Assembly (NCBI GenBank): GCA_031411295.1
Contig: JANOAV010000086.1
Span: 32,001 to 96,000, forward strand
Source: Verrucomicrobiales bacterium
GTDB taxonomy: Bacteria; Verrucomicrobiota; Verrucomicrobiia; Verrucomicrobiales; V1-33
Direction: 5' to 3'
DNA: 64,000 nt
Positions 47,307 to 57,923 of this stretch are shown here, piece after piece (the first letter of the stretch is position 1; the number at the start of each line of letters is the position of its first letter). A program made the position numbers and the translations under genes. The notes beneath the pieces are model-generated. The model saw only the letters and a program-made list of their open reading frames with translations, was not told the origin of the DNA and did no database searches.

Positions 47307-47714
47307 TGGAATTGGGGCATTCCTGTTTCATCACCCCTAGCGGCTATCATCTTTTACCAAAATCTTTCACCAATCCACCCAGCCTCCGCCTCTGACTGGT
47401 AAAAGATTGGTGGTAAAAATTTAACAGAAATTATTCCTGAATCCGGTCAACTCTCTGGTCCCGAGAACTCCATCAACAACCCTCAAACACCGTTTCCACA
47501 GTGCCCCAACTAGTCAGATAAAAATACCATAAGCCTCCATCTCCCAAACTGAGCTGATTCTTCTCGGGATGGTATTCGTTCTTGGGGTGATCCATCTCGA
47601 GAGGTGCTGCCAGGTTCATCCAGGGATGGGGCAATAGCCCGGAATGATTATGAAATGCTTCTGGCCAGCACTGGATTCTTTGACAAACTGCGAGTAATCC
47701 CCATCCGTTTGCCC

Positions 47715-50700
47715 ATGCCCCACCCTGCCTCGTTCAATCTCATTCCCCAAGCTCGCTTGCCCTTACTGAATTCACTCCGGTGTTGCTTTGCTCTGGCAAC
47801 GCTCTGGGCTCCCTTGGCCAATGCTGCCGAGAATCTCCTGCGCAATGGCTCCTTCGAGGGCGGCTTGCTTTACTGGCATCAGATCGATCCCAAGCAGCAC
47901 ACGTTGATACGCGATGCCACGGCTGGTGAGTTTGCGCTGCGGATTGCCAAGGGAAACATTATGAGTGCGCCCTTCGTGGCGGAGCAGGGTAAGCTGATGA
48001 CCGTTTCCTTTTCCGTAAAGGGCGAGAAGGCGGGCCGGGTTGGGGTGCAGATGCCTCCGAGCGCGCGCGAGCCTGGCACCAAGGCCAAACGCTTGTGGAT
48101 GCGTGAAGCGGAGCAGACGGCGGAGATCACGACCGAGTGGAAACGCGTTTCCTTCACGTGGCCGGCAGATGTCCCCACGGAAGGTTTCTGGCCGCAGCCG
48201 CATTACTTGGTGCAGATTGGTGGTTTCGATCAACCGATCTTGGTGGACGGAGTCACGGTCACAGTCGGCAAAGACGGAAGCCCCGCCTATGTGCCCCGCA
48301 CCGACATTGAGGTGGTGGCCGAATGCGCGAATCTTCCCGGTTGGGATGGCGCGGCGGGCAATGCCTTCGATAAAGGCGCGACCGCTCGGATGGTGGCCCA
48401 CGTTTCCAATCCTGGCACCGCCGCGCGCGAAGTAATCGTTCGCTGGCAATTTGTGGATTATGAAGGTGAGACTCCGGTGGGGCCGCCGATTGATCAGAAG
48501 ATCACGCTAACCGCTGGCAAAACGTTCTCCGCCACCACGCCCATGGTGTTGAATCGCAACGGCTTCGTCTATGCTCGACTGAGTGCGATTGGCAATAAAG
48601 CGGGCACCACGGGCGAAACGGTGTTTGATAAATCTGATTTTCCGCTAACATCCATTCCGTATCCCAAGGCCGCTACAAAGCCGGACTTCCGCGAGCGTTT
48701 TGGCGGGTCCTTTGCCGGGCGAGAAATGATGTTGCAGAAATATCAACGGTTAGGCTTCGGTTGGACTCGTTGGTTTCCCGAAACGAAGTGGCAGTTCTTC
48801 CAACCCAAGGCAGGCGATCCCTTCAATTGGCACAATGCCGATTTCGAATTGGCGGTCAAGTATGGCGTCTCGCAACATGTGGTCCTCTACGGCTGGCCGA
48901 AGGGCCTGATGGATGCCGAGCACAGTGGTCAACCGCTGCCGTTGGACATGAAATGGAAGGCCGATGATCCTCGTTGGGATGATCTTTCGATCGAGACGGC
49001 TTGGGATAAATATGTGAAAGCCGCCGCCGTAAATTTCAAAGGGAAGTCGATCATCTTCGAAATCTCCAACGAGCCTGAGTTCGACAAGTGGGATAAGTTC
49101 TATCCGGAGTATGCGAAGTTCAACATTCGCACCGCCAAACTCATCCGTGCTGCGGATCCGTCCGCCAAGATCATGGTCAACAACGTCTATGGTATTCCCA
49201 GTCCCGTGAACGCTGCGTTCTTCCAAGCAGGCGGCTTGAAATACATCGATGTTGTTTCCTGGCACGACTACCATGCCGGTTGGCTGGCCGATGCCCAGAG
49301 CATCAAACGCATGCGTCAGAACATGGATGAAGCGGGCGGGAAGCACGTCGAGATTTGGTTCAACGAAGGTTGGGCTTACACAAATACCGCCGTGGATGAA
49401 CCCATCGCTTGCACGCATCTAACCTCCGCGCAGAGCACCAACGCGCATGCTTGCTGCGTGGCGGAAATGACGATCTCCGGGCAGGAGAAAACGATTCTCT
49501 TTCACACCGGTTATGAAGATCACGGCCAGAGCTTCTGGGACTACAGTGGCCCGGGCACGCTGCTGTGGGATTGGTATAACTATCCGCTGCCGCTGGTGGG
49601 CATGTGGAATGTGTTGAATCATCACATCGGTATCAGCGATGAAGTGGGTTTCGTCCGGCCGCCGGGGGCGAATTTCACCATCTTCCAAGACCAGCGCAAT
49701 GGACGCGGCCTGATCATTGCTTATGCCGATCGCGAATCCAAGGACGATGTGGTGGTGGATCTGCCTGACTTCGGAGCACCGCTGCTGGCGGAAGATATCA
49801 TGGGCAATGTGGCACCAGCGGCAAAGAAACTGACACTTTCTAAAACTGGTCGCCCGGTGCTGCTCTACACCGCCGCCAAGACTCCGGGGAAAGCATTTTT
49901 TAGCAAACTAGAGTCGCTGGATCGCAAGCATACCAGCTTTGTTAGCAATGCACCCGGTGCCTCGCCTGTATTCAAACTTCCCGCGCAATGGGAAGGCACA
50001 ACCAAAGGAACCAGCGACGGCAGCGTGGCCATGGCGAATGGCAAACCGATTTGGAAACTCGAACAACTTTGGCCCGCCGATTGGAAGCAGCCGGGAAATT
50101 TCAAAGCCATGATCTGGACCGGCACCGATTGGAATGTGAAGGAAGGCGGCTTCGGCGGACAGCCCGGTGCCACGCTAAAGGATGGCACGTTAGGCTTCGG
50201 CACAAGGGCTCCCCACGGCCCTGAAAATGATCGCCACCTTCGGACGGCGGGCCTGACCTTTGTGGCTCCGACCGCTGGAAACTTCGCTCTGCATGGCAAG
50301 GTGGCCTGTCGCATGTGGGATAGTAAAAACGACACCACATTATTTATCCTTTGCAAGACCGCCAGCAGCGTGGAGAAAGTTGGCAGCCTCAGAATAGCTC
50401 ACGAAGGCGAAACCACGCTAGAAGGCCAAACGGTGGAACTTCCCGCAGGTGGAGAACTCACCTTGCTGCCGCAAATTGATGGCAATTTCTCCGGAGGCGA
50501 TTGCAAGCTCAAAGACTTCTCCATTAGCCTAGCCGATGGCAAAGCCGCCGGCACCGCACCAGGTTATCGCCTGCCTGCCGTCTGGGAAGGAACCAAGAAG
50601 GGCACCGCTGCTGGAAACCCCATCGCTGCCAACGGCCAACCTATCTGGCGCATCGACCGACTCTATCCAGGCGATCCCATCATGACGGCAAATTACACGC

Positions 50701-51140
50701 CGATGATCTGGGAAGGCACCCGCTGGGCCGCGGCCGACCACACTCACGGTGGTCATCCCAGCGCCGTGATAGCCGATGGTAAAATTTCCTTTGCCGCCAT
50801 GGGGCCATGGAATGGGGAGCTGAATTTTGGCAAGATTCCGGTGTTGGTATTCATCGCCCCGAAGACGGGAGTCTATCAAATCACCGGCACCGCCAACTGC
50901 AAGCCTTGGGAGGGTGGGGCCAAAACCTATCCCCTCTCCCTGCGCAAGAAAGACACCCAACGAGCCGCCGAGATCACCACCCTCCAACTCCCGCGCGACG
51001 GCACCCCGGTGCCCATCAAGACCGAAGTCGAACTAACCGCCGGCCACGAACTCCTCTTCGTTCCCCTAACCCAGGACCTGCACAACAACGCTGCTAGCAT
51101 TTCCATCGATAACCTCGTGATTACGTTGGTGGTGAAGTAG
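47715..51140 (+). CDS. secreted clan GH-A-like glycoside hydrolase with N-terminal CBM4/9-like and duplicated C-terminal domains
   Basis: NLLRNGSFE (CBM-like); EISNEP (acid/base), SWHDY, WFNEG (nucleophile); two LP..WEGT.KG domains. Confidence 0.65.
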   Translation: MPHPASFNLIPQARLPLLNSLRCCFALATLWAPLANAAENLLRNGSFEGGLLYWHQIDPKQHTLIRDATAGEFALRIAKGNIMSAPFVAEQGKLMTVSFSVKGEKAGRVGVQMPPSAREPGTKAKRLWMREAEQTAEITTEWKRVSFTWPADVPTEGFWPQPHYLVQIGGFDQPILVDGVTVTVGKDGSPAYVPRTDIEVVAECANLPGWDGAAGNAFDKGATARMVAHVSNPGTAAREVIVRWQFVDYEGETPVGPPIDQKITLTAGKTFSATTPMVLNRNGFVYARLSAIGNKAGTTGETVFDKSDFPLTSIPYPKAATKPDFRERFGGSFAGREMMLQKYQRLGFGWTRWFPETKWQFFQPKAGDPFNWHNADFELAVKYGVSQHVVLYGWPKGLMDAEHSGQPLPLDMKWKADDPRWDDLSIETAWDKYVKAAAVNFKGKSIIFEISNEPEFDKWDKFYPEYAKFNIRTAKLIRAADPSAKIMVNNVYGIPSPVNAAFFQAGGLKYIDVVSWHDYHAGWLADAQSIKRMRQNMDEAGGKHVEIWFNEGWAYTNTAVDEPIACTHLTSAQSTNAHACCVAEMTISGQEKTILFHTGYEDHGQSFWDYSGPGTLLWDWYNYPLPLVGMWNVLNHHIGISDEVGFVRPPGANFTIFQDQRNGRGLIIAYADRESKDDVVVDLPDFGAPLLAEDIMGNVAPAAKKLTLSKTGRPVLLYTAAKTPGKAFFSKLESLDRKHTSFVSNAPGASPVFKLPAQWEGTTKGTSDGSVAMANGKPIWKLEQLWPADWKQPGNFKAMIWTGTDWNVKEGGFGGQPGATLKDGTLGFGTRAPHGPENDRHLRTAGLTFVAPTAGNFALHGKVACRMWDSKNDTTLFILCKTASSVEKVGSLRIAHEGETTLEGQTVELPAGGELTLLPQIDGNFSGGDCKLKDFSISLADGKAAGTAPGYRLPAVWEGTKKGTAAGNPIAANGQPIWRIDRLYPGDPIMTANYTPMIWEGTRWAAADHTHGGHPSAVIADGKISFAAMGPWNGELNFGKIPVLVFIAPKTGVYQITGTANCKPWEGGAKTYPLSLRKKDTQRAAEITTLQLPRDGTPVPIKTEVELTAGHELLFVPLTQDLHNNAASISIDNLVITLVVK

Positions 51141-51265
51141 TGTTTGGTCGGGCGCTGGAGCACTCGCTGGGCGAATTCAGCAGATACCTTGATGTTGACT
51201 TAGAATCCGCGCTCCTGCCATTCCCATGTTGCTTAACGGATTCAATTACGTCACCGTGACTTTGG

Positions 51266-51988
51266 CTATGCCAAGGCCTGCCTTAGAGCGGCCAACTCTT
51301 CGTCGATTAAGGCTTCTGAGGGCATCTCCAGCGTGTCTGCAATCGTCTGCCGCAGAAGCGCCCGGAACCGCTGGCGGAGCCGGAAGACCGCCTGCCTCAG
51401 AGCATTGGCCTCCAATCCGAGCGCAGGTGCGGCCTGGCTATAATCTCCCTCCATTTCCGGATCTAGAAAGGTGCGAAGCGACTCAAAAAGCGCACCCCGA
51501 CCACGGGCCGCATAATCCGTTTCCAGCGCCTTCATCGCGCTCTCCAAACAAGTCATCGCCCAGCATCGATCAAAAAATCCCACCGGAGTCTCCTGTTGCG
51601 GCGTGCTGAGAAATCGTGTGTCGGCTTCCTGCGCGTCCAGCGACAGTAGGGCGACCCCACCACCTCGTTTCTGGCGGTTTCCCTTGCGCGTGGTATCAAT
51701 TAGATCCCGCTGAAACACTGTGAGCAAGTAAGTGCGTAATCGCCCACGCTCTGGATTCGCCTTCAGCAGGAGGTCACCAGCAGCCACGCGGGTGAGGAAC
51801 TCCTGTGTCTCATCCTCTGCGTCCTCAGCACTACAACCCTTCTGGCGCGCAAAGGCATACAGCGGAAACCAATACAACCGACACAGTTCCTCCAGTGCCT
51901 GACGCGCCTGCCTCCCACTGCCAGCAGCAGTGAGCACCACGCTCCAGCGGGTCACAGGAAATTGCGGAATAGGTTGATCATCTTCCAT
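51266..51988 (-). CDS. ECF RNA polymerase sigma factor (PVC kinase-associated type)
   Basis: FPVTRWSVV, LCRLYWFPLYAFAR, DAEDETQEF, GRLRTYL, FDRCWA, AVFRLRQRF. Confidence 0.9.
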   Translation of the reverse strand: MEDDQPIPQFPVTRWSVVLTAAGSGRQARQALEELCRLYWFPLYAFARQKGCSAEDAEDETQEFLTRVAAGDLLLKANPERGRLRTYLLTVFQRDLIDTTRKGNRQKRGGGVALLSLDAQEADTRFLSTPQQETPVGFFDRCWAMTCLESAMKALETDYAARGRGALFESLRTFLDPEMEGDYSQAAPALGLEANALRQAVFRLRQRFRALLRQTIADTLEMPSEALIDEELAALRQALA

Positions 51989-52116
51989 AAAAGCAGGGGA
52001 TGGTGCCACCTTGCACGATTCATACGGAATCGCAGCTTATATTTTTACTTTGTAACGTGGTCCCACATTTAGCGAATATTACGTTGCCGCCCTTCGCTGG
52101 GCGGGTCACTTATCTC

Positions 52117-54855
52117 ATGTCCACCGACTCCACTCCTCCGCTACCACCTTCTCTCCTGCAGGGTCTTGACCTTGGCCGGGTCATGGGTTTGGGCTTGGAC
52201 GACGCGCAAGCCGCCAGTCCGAAGGACGCCTTGAAAGTCCCCACCGCCGCGGAACTAGCCTCGCTGCTGCCGGAGTATGAGATCCAAGGGATCATCGGCC
52301 GGGGTGGCATGGGAGCCGTCTATGGAGCCATTCAGAAGCAGCTACAGCGCCCGGTGGCCATCAAGGTCCTGCCGATTTCACTTGGTGATACCCCCGGGTT
52401 TACCGCCCGTTTCCGCCAGGAAGCCCAGGCCATGGCTTCACTGAATCACCCGAACATCGTGGCCGTCTATGACTCTGGCGAGACGATTGCCGGGCATTCC
52501 TATTATGTGATGGAAATGATCCCCGGCATGGATCTGGCCCAGCAACTCGAACGCGAGCGACTGCCCACAGATACGGTCGTGCCCCTGGTAGCCGCCCTCT
52601 GTGAAGCCCTGGCCTTCGCCCACGAACGCGGTGTGATCCATCGCGATCTCAAGCCCTCCAATATTCTCCTAACTACCGACGGAGTCCCCAAGTTGGCCGA
52701 TTTTGGGCTCGCGCTGCTGATGGAGAAAAATTTGGAATTATCCCGCCTCACCATGGGCGGCACCACGCTCGGAACCTTGGAATATGCAGCTCCCGAGCAA
52801 CTGCATCATGGCCAGATCTCCCCCGCCACGGATCTCTACAGCCTGGGCGCGCTGCTGTATGAATTGCTCACTGGGGAATTGCCGCGTGGCGTGTTTGATC
52901 CCCCGTCGGTCCGGAATCCCGGAGTGGATCCCGCCTTCGATAGCGTCGTGTTGCGTGCCCTCCAGAGTGATCCCGACCGTCGCTTTGCCACCGCTGCGGA
53001 TTTCCGCCAAGCCTTGCTGCAGGCCGCCGACCGTCGTCATCAGCAGGAGGCAAGAGATCTCCTGCTGCGACGCAAAATGGCCCGCCGCGCTCGACTTGCG
53101 CTGGTATCCACTGGGATTGCCCTGCTCACCGGAGGCACCGCCATCTACGCCTGGCAGGCCAAGCACGAGGCCACCGAACGCAGTCTGGCTGCCACCAAGG
53201 CGGAAGCCAAGACCGATGATGTCATGCAGTTTCTCCTCACCGACCTCCGTCGTCGCTTGGAACCCACGGGAAACCTGGGAGCCATGGAATCCACGCTGGA
53301 ACGGGCCGTGGAGCATTACCGGGAGAAATACGAACTATCCGGCCAGGCCACCGTTGCTGCCATGAAGTTGGCGGACGTCCTCGTCGTCAAAGGCGACGTC
53401 ATTGGCGTGCGCGGCCTGGGAACGGCCGCGGACAAGCTTTACACCGAGGCCATCGACGTGCTACAGCGGGCCAGAAAGCAAGATGCCGCAAATTTCGACC
53501 TCTCCCTACGCATGACCAAGGCCTTCAAGGATCGGAGCGAGCATCGCATGGCCTCGGGGCGCTACCCCGATGCCTTGGAAGATGCCCGGACCATGCTGCA
53601 AACAACCACGGACTATCCACCCCACCAAGGCACTGCGGCCGCTCAGCAAGCCCAAGCGGAGGCGCATCGCGCCATGGCCAATGCGTTCGGATACACCAAG
53701 GACTTCGACGAAGCCCGTGAGGAGTATCTCGCCTCCAAAGCTTTGTTTATTGAGTTGCTGGCAGCGGAACCAGACCACGCCGCGTGGCGCGACGAGCTGG
53801 CAGCCTTGGAAATGTCCCTGGGCTCGCTGGCGGAAGCGGTGGAGGATTATCCAGGGATGCTGCAACATTTCACCGCCTATCATGACTATGTGACCCAACG
53901 CTACGGCCCCACCAATCAACTCTACTCCTACAGCAGCTTCCGCATGGGCGTGGCCATGATTAAATTGCAGCGCCCGGCGGAAGCCATTCCCTATCTGAAA
54001 GCGGCCATCGATCTAGCCGAACCGATGTTGGTCCGCGAGCCAGGGCACAAGGGGGTTTTGACCCATCTTTCGTGGTGCCTGAAGCTCATGGTCGAAGCCT
54101 TGGAGGCGGATCACCAAACGGAGGCCGCCCTCCCTTATCGCGAGCGCCAGAGGACCATCAACGCGCAATTGGCCGCCGCGCCAGCCGTTGCCGTCGCCTC
54201 GTCGGTCAACTTCGAAGCAGAGTTCCAGAAGCTCAGCGCAGGATCTCCCACCCATCTTGCATGGTGGTCATTCTGTCAGCGTTTCCAGACCGGGGTGGAG
54301 TCGGAGCCGGATCCTAAGCTGCGGCAAGAAGCCTACGCCAACTTCCTAGAGCACGTCCACTCCTCCACTGCCAAGCAGCCGCCTGGAAACTTCGTCCACA
54401 CCGTCACGGCATTTATGCATAATCGCCTAGCCGGCCTGCTGCTGGATCACGACCCCGCCGCTTCCGCGCAACATGCGGCCGCCGCCATGAACTTGCGGCA
54501 GGCCTTGGTGCAAGCCCATCCGGGCGACCCCATTCTGGAGCGCAACGTCCTCTCCAGTGCCTCCCACTGGCTGGAAGCGGCCGTCCAAGGCCAGAACACC
54601 GCCACCGTCCTCGCAGCCGCCACCGGTTTCGCCCAAGCCGCCCAACTCCAATCACCCGCGGCCCTGAACGAAAAATCCCAGGGCCTCAGCTTCGCCCAAG
54701 TTGCCGCCACCAAGCTGGAAACCGCCGTCCACCGCTGGCCGGAGTTGCGAACCGAACTCACCGCCACCGCCAGCACCATTGCCACCGCCTTGTTGGATCG
54801 ACTGCCGAAAAGCTCTGAAGTTGATTCGATCTCCGATCGGCTAAAGCATCTTTAG
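52117..54855 (+). CDS. Hanks-type Ser/Thr protein kinase with TM and TPR-like C-terminal region
   Basis: GRGGMGAVY, VAIK, HRDLKPSN, DFG, GTLEYAAPE, DLYSLG. Confidence 0.95.
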   Translation: MSTDSTPPLPPSLLQGLDLGRVMGLGLDDAQAASPKDALKVPTAAELASLLPEYEIQGIIGRGGMGAVYGAIQKQLQRPVAIKVLPISLGDTPGFTARFRQEAQAMASLNHPNIVAVYDSGETIAGHSYYVMEMIPGMDLAQQLERERLPTDTVVPLVAALCEALAFAHERGVIHRDLKPSNILLTTDGVPKLADFGLALLMEKNLELSRLTMGGTTLGTLEYAAPEQLHHGQISPATDLYSLGALLYELLTGELPRGVFDPPSVRNPGVDPAFDSVVLRALQSDPDRRFATAADFRQALLQAADRRHQQEARDLLLRRKMARRARLALVSTGIALLTGGTAIYAWQAKHEATERSLAATKAEAKTDDVMQFLLTDLRRRLEPTGNLGAMESTLERAVEHYREKYELSGQATVAAMKLADVLVVKGDVIGVRGLGTAADKLYTEAIDVLQRARKQDAANFDLSLRMTKAFKDRSEHRMASGRYPDALEDARTMLQTTTDYPPHQGTAAAQQAQAEAHRAMANAFGYTKDFDEAREEYLASKALFIELLAAEPDHAAWRDELAALEMSLGSLAEAVEDYPGMLQHFTAYHDYVTQRYGPTNQLYSYSSFRMGVAMIKLQRPAEAIPYLKAAIDLAEPMLVREPGHKGVLTHLSWCLKLMVEALEADHQTEAALPYRERQRTINAQLAAAPAVAVASSVNFEAEFQKLSAGSPTHLAWWSFCQRFQTGVESEPDPKLRQEAYANFLEHVHSSTAKQPPGNFVHTVTAFMHNRLAGLLLDHDPAASAQHAAAAMNLRQALVQAHPGDPILERNVLSSASHWLEAAVQGQNTATVLAAATGFAQAAQLQSPAALNEKSQGLSFAQVAATKLETAVHRWPELRTELTATASTIATALLDRLPKSSEVDSISDRLKHL

Positions 54856-55052
54856 TTGATGACACCTTCCTGATCGCCATCCCGTTTAGCAATTCGCCAT
54901 CACTTCCTCCGCTCACACAACGCGGTGCTTCAATAGTTTGTCAGACGCTTTATTTTGGTCAGTCTTGACATCGTCTTTAATAAGTGTTGGTCGCCCCGCT
55001 TCCGCACTCACGGCCTTGCCAGGGAAGGCTGCTATCCAGCAGGATGCTCCAC

Positions 55053-57287
55053 ATGAAACTCATATTCGTTCTCATTGGTCTAGCCTCCCCCACGCTTTCC
55101 GCGCAGGAGTCATTGGTTACCGGAGTGGAGCCGCAGCCGTTGTTAGTGCAAGTGCAGCGTTTGCAGGAGGCCATGGCGTTCCTGGGCGAGCCGTTTTCCC
55201 CCGATGAACAAATGATCTTGGGGGCCTTGAAGGCCGATGGTGGTGAAGCGGTCGCGCAGAAGGTGCAGGAAATTCTAGACCAACATTGCTTGGCCTTCGC
55301 TAACATCAATCCAGAGTCGCGCGTGAAGGTCGTGGCTGGGCCAGCCAAGCGTGAACTGACGGAGGCAGGTTGGCGGCATTATTTGGTCAAGGTGAACAAT
55401 GAAGCTGGGGTCACCTCCACACTAACGGTGCAAGGTGCGCAAGCCCAAGCAGTAGCGAATGCTCCGGCAGATCAAGTCGCGGACCGTTGGTTGGAGGCCT
55501 CCATGTTCGATGCCAAGCCTTTGGAAAAAGGATTGAACGGTTTGAAATTGGAGTATCGCATCCTGCAACTCTACAGTCGCGATGCGGGGAAACGCAGTGC
55601 CGTGCTGGTCTTCGGAGCGGGTCAGGGCACGCAGGATTTAGGCTTCCGCGCGGACCTAACGTTGACGTTTGACTGCGCGGCGGGCAAAGAAATTGCGGTC
55701 TCGCTGAAGGACGAAGTTGGGGTGCCGACCACGGCATGCTTGGAAATCCGTGATGCCGCTGGGCGCGTCTTCCCTAGCATGGCGAAACGGTTGGCACCAG
55801 ATTTCTTTTTCCATCCGCAAGTATATCGTGCTGATGGCGAGACCATCAAATTACCTGCCAAGCCGCTCACGGTGCGCTGCACGCGTGGACCGGAATACAC
55901 GATCCAAGAACAGACCATTGATTTCAGCAAAGCGGACACGACGAAGCTGGAATTCAAGCTAGTGCGCTGGGTGGATCCCGCTGCCACCGGATGGTGGAGT
56001 GGCGACCACCACATTCATGCGGCAGGTTGTGCGCATTACACAAATCCGACGCAAGGCGTGCATGCTCCAGACATGCTGCGGCATTGCATGGGGGAGGATT
56101 TGAAAGTGGGGGCCAACTTAACCTGGGGGCCGTGTTTTGATTATCAGAAACAGTTCTTTACCGGCAAGGATGATAAAGTTTCCAAGCTCCCTTACTTGCT
56201 GCGTTACGATGTGGAGGTGAGTGGATTTGGCTCGCACCAGAGCGGGCATCTTTGCTTGTTGCGGCTGAAGGAACAAATGTTTCCCGGAGGTGATTCTGAC
56301 AAACATTGGCCAACGCTTTGCCTGAATACGTTGCGTTGGGCGCAAGCTCAGGGCGCAGTCTGCGGGCCTGCGCATAGCGGCTGGGGATTACAGATTAAGG
56401 ATCGGAATTTGCCCTCGCAGGAAATTCCACCGTTCGATGGGATCGGTGCCTGCGAATACATCGTCGATGTCACGCATCAACTCCCCGGGCCTGATGGCAA
56501 GCCGGTTCCCGCCGTTGATTTCCTCTCCACCGTGGACACCCCATGGCCTTGGGAACTGAACATCTGGTATCACACGCTAAACTGCGGATACCGCACGCGG
56601 ATCAGTGGCGAAACGGATTTTCCCTGCATCTATGGCGAGCGCGTGGGCCTGGGCCGCAGCTATGTCAAAGTCCGCCCGCCCCTCACCTACGAAGCTTGGT
56701 GCCAGGGCATCAGCGAAGGCCGAAAATATGTTAGCGATGGCCACAGCCACCTGATGGATTTCAAACTCGACGGCCATGCCCTTGGCGATGGAGATTGTGA
56801 AATTCAACTGGCCCAACCACGCAAGCTCCAAGCCACCGTCAACACCGCCGCCCTGCTCGCGGAACAACCAATTTCAGGGATTCAGAATCTCCCCGTGGAG
56901 CAGAAACCTTACTGGCACATCGAACGCGCGCGACTCGGCCAGAGCCGTGATGTCAAAGTGGAACTGCTCGTGAATGGCTCGCCCGCCGCTTCACAAAACA
57001 TCACCGCCGATGGTAAATTGCGTCCACTTACCTTCGACGTCGATCTTCAGCAAAGCGCTTGGGTGTCACTCCGCATCCTCCCCAGCTCGCACACCAATCC
57101 CATTTTCGTGACCATCGCCGACCAACCAATCCGCGTCAAAAGCAGCATCGAGTGGTGTCTGAAGAGCGTGGAGAAGTGCTGGAGCCAGAAGGAACGCTTC
57201 ATTGCCGCACCGGAGCATGCAGAGGCGGTCAGGGCCTACGATCACGCTCGGACGGAGTATCGGCGGATTTTGAGTGAGGCGCGCTAG
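55053..57287 (+). CDS. CehA/McbA-family (PHP-like) secreted metallohydrolase
   Basis: Signal peptide; RGPEY, WSGDHHIH, PAHSG, WYHTLNCG.R...GETDFP, GRSYV. Confidence 0.75.
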   Translation: MKLIFVLIGLASPTLSAQESLVTGVEPQPLLVQVQRLQEAMAFLGEPFSPDEQMILGALKADGGEAVAQKVQEILDQHCLAFANINPESRVKVVAGPAKRELTEAGWRHYLVKVNNEAGVTSTLTVQGAQAQAVANAPADQVADRWLEASMFDAKPLEKGLNGLKLEYRILQLYSRDAGKRSAVLVFGAGQGTQDLGFRADLTLTFDCAAGKEIAVSLKDEVGVPTTACLEIRDAAGRVFPSMAKRLAPDFFFHPQVYRADGETIKLPAKPLTVRCTRGPEYTIQEQTIDFSKADTTKLEFKLVRWVDPAATGWWSGDHHIHAAGCAHYTNPTQGVHAPDMLRHCMGEDLKVGANLTWGPCFDYQKQFFTGKDDKVSKLPYLLRYDVEVSGFGSHQSGHLCLLRLKEQMFPGGDSDKHWPTLCLNTLRWAQAQGAVCGPAHSGWGLQIKDRNLPSQEIPPFDGIGACEYIVDVTHQLPGPDGKPVPAVDFLSTVDTPWPWELNIWYHTLNCGYRTRISGETDFPCIYGERVGLGRSYVKVRPPLTYEAWCQGISEGRKYVSDGHSHLMDFKLDGHALGDGDCEIQLAQPRKLQATVNTAALLAEQPISGIQNLPVEQKPYWHIERARLGQSRDVKVELLVNGSPAASQNITADGKLRPLTFDVDLQQSAWVSLRILPSSHTNPIFVTIADQPIRVKSSIEWCLKSVEKCWSQKERFIAAPEHAEAVRAYDHARTEYRRILSEAR

Positions 57288-57458
57288 CTGCAAGATGGCT
57301 CCAGCTCAAAGATTAGCACGCGGATCACCGCCCGAATTTCCACCACCATTGAACAATGGAACCATAAGCTCGTTCTGTAATCCTCTTGACCAGATCAAGT
57401 CTGAGCGGTTGAGTGGATGGTGCCTTGCTGGCTCCTGCCCACGGTTTTTTTGCCTCCG

Positions 57459-57923
57459 ATGAACGTCCTCAAACCAGTGCTGATCCTCCTCCTCTGCTAC
57501 GGCATCGGCTGTGCGGTTACCGCTTTGTATTTGGTGAAATGGCGCACGGGTCTCGACTTGCGGGAACTCCACAGCGGCACCACGGGGGCCCGTAATGCTG
57601 GACGCGTGCTGGGAAAATTTGCGTTTCGCCTGGTCGCGTTGATCGATGTCCTGCGGGGCGTTCTGACCATTTGTCTCGCCTCCCACTTTGGGTTGCAGGA
57701 TTGGTGGCTCATGGCGGCTGGTCTGGCAGTCTTGGCAGGACATCTGTGGCCCATGCAGTTGCGCTTCCATGGTGGGAAAGGCGTGGCCGTGGGTGCGGGC
57801 GTGCTGGTCTCACTACTGCCCTGGCGCACCGCCGCGGAATGGGGCTTGGTCGCCATCGTCACTCTTGTCGTGGTCTGGAGCCACAAACACCAACGGAAAC
57901 CTTATTGCACCAATGAACTATGA
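57459..57923 (+). CDS. PlsY-family acyltransferase paralogue (short)
   Basis: DLRELHSGTTGARNAGR (motif 1) and AGHLWP..F.GGKG (motif 2); motif 3 is degenerate. Confidence 0.8.
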   Translation: MNVLKPVLILLLCYGIGCAVTALYLVKWRTGLDLRELHSGTTGARNAGRVLGKFAFRLVALIDVLRGVLTICLASHFGLQDWWLMAAGLAVLAGHLWPMQLRFHGGKGVAVGAGVLVSLLPWRTAAEWGLVAIVTLVVVWSHKHQRKPYCTNEL

